Shown in pieces: positions 14,025 through 14,708 of a DNA stretch of 14,708 bases. This DNA is from Candidatus Terraquivivens tikiterensis. Its GTDB lineage: Archaea; Thermoproteota; Nitrososphaeria_A; Caldarchaeales; Wolframiiraptoraceae. The notes under the pieces were generated by a model. It was given only the letters and a program-made list of their open reading frames with translations. It ran no database searches and was not told the origin of the DNA. The stretch is taken from NCBI GenBank assembly GCA_003056285.1, contig NDWU01000028.1:1-14708 (forward strand). Direction: 5' to 3'. Positions within the stretch are counted from its first letter, which is position 1. Each line of letters opens with the position of its first letter. The position numbers and the translations under genes are program-made.

Positions 14025-14708
14025 TTACCATAACCTGCCGAGCAAAGCCTCGTTTATCTTATTAAGACTTTCCTCGACTTTGCTTTTGCACTCTAGCGTC
14101 ACAAACCCCTCATACCCTCTTTTACACAAAACATCCAGGACCCTTCGCCACGGAACCTTTCCAGCATCCAGCGGAAGGTGCAGGTCGTGCAAGCCGTCGT
14201 TGTCATGTAGATGAACGTTCATGATCTTCTCGTAAAACCTCCTCAAAAAACCGTCAATGCTCCCATCTACGTAGGCATGGCCTACGTCTAAACAGAGACC
14301 AAGGTTTTTTGATGAGGCTGTATCAAAGAGCATAACGAAATCTTCTATGCCGCTGAGGTATGCGCTTTCCCTTGACATACAGTTCTCTACGAGTAAGTTT
14401 ATTCCAAATCTTGAGGCCATGTGTGAGAGTTTCTCTAAGCTTTCGACAGTGCTATCAAGATTTTCGTACCGTGGAGCGTGAACCACGACATGGGTTGAGC
14501 GTAGGAGCCCTGCTAGGGATATGGTAACCTCCATCCTTTTAAACCAAAAGTGTCCGAACGTCAACGGATTGTAGGGGCCGTGGACGTTTATAGCCAAGCT
14601 GCTTGGCGCTGCTCTCCTATAGCCCTGAATCTTTTCGACGTCCAGCTCGTTAGGCTTCTCATCTATTACCTCCCACGCATTAACCCTTACGCTCTTCATC
14701 CACTCTAC
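14025..14708 (-). CDS. Sugar phosphate isomerase/epimerase, xylose-isomerase-like TIM barrel (AP endonuclease 2 family), probably 5'-truncated by the window edge
   Basis: Motifs seen are VHGPY, VVVHAP, LLVEN, DVGHAY and NVHLHDNDGLHDLHLPLDAGKVPW (metal-ligand His/Asp/Glu pattern of the family). The reading frame stays open (V-E-W) upstream of ATG 14699 to position 14708. The HxPY motif sits unusually close to the N-terminus, so the true start is probably outside the window. Confidence 0.85.
   Translation of the reverse strand, partial: VEWMKSVRVNAWEVIDEKPNELDVEKIQGYRRAAPSSLAINVHGPYNPLTFGHFWFKRMEVTISLAGLLRSTHVVVHAPRYENLDSTVESLEKLSHMASRFGINLLVENCMSRESAYLSGIEDFVMLFDTASSKNLGLCLDVGHAYVDGSIDGFLRRFYEKIMNVHLHDNDGLHDLHLPLDAGKVPWRRVLDVLCKRGYEGFVTLECKSKVEESLNKINEALLGRLW

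Noticed and set aside
1-14708. Scan for CRISPR arrays, long tandem or inverted repeats, IS termini and rRNA.
   Set aside because: By eye I saw no regularly spaced direct repeats, no transposase or integrase ORFs and no rRNA-like conserved blocks.

Overview
This window looks like archaeal chromosomal DNA. It is compact and coding on both strands, with AT-rich TATA-like boxes centred about 26-29 nt upstream of several start codons, which suggests leaderless or near-leaderless mRNAs. Several genes use TTG or GTG starts, and there is a tRNA with a non-canonical insertion. Families typical of archaea are present: UPF0147, a FAU-1/DUF402 protein and a single-domain KaiC-like ATPase. A thermophilic Thermoproteota-type host is my inference only.

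Gene order, left to right:
- (-) a secreted, membrane-anchored coiled-coil protein with a cytoplasmic AbrB-like domain
- (-) a translationally coupled NuoM/MrpD-like and NuoL/MrpA-like antiporter pair with no other complex I or Mrp genes nearby
- (+) a 99-aa acidic protein followed by a radical SAM enzyme
- (+) tRNA-Cys(GCA) carrying about 18 extra nt in the D-arm region
- (+) a frameshifted excisionase/MerR-type HTH ORF
- (+) an operon of an HTH/coiled-coil protein and a KaiC-like ATPase
- (-) a small membrane protein
- about 590 nt of non-coding DNA holding a GC-rich, hairpin-rich island of about 300 nt (candidate ncRNA)
- (+) ArsR-type regulator, two ECF S-component-like membrane proteins and NikR
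- (-) a FAU-1/DUF402 protein, UPF0147, and a 5'-truncated sugar-phosphate isomerase/epimerase (TIM barrel)

No CRISPR array, rRNA, transposase or integrase was seen.

Best candidates for something undescribed:
- the signal peptide / coiled-coil / TM / AbrB protein downstream of the orphan antiporter pair
- the tRNA-adjacent module of HTH, HTH-coiled-coil and KaiC-like ATPase
- the NikR-linked solitary S-component-like pair

All functional calls come from reading motifs by eye. No database search was run.
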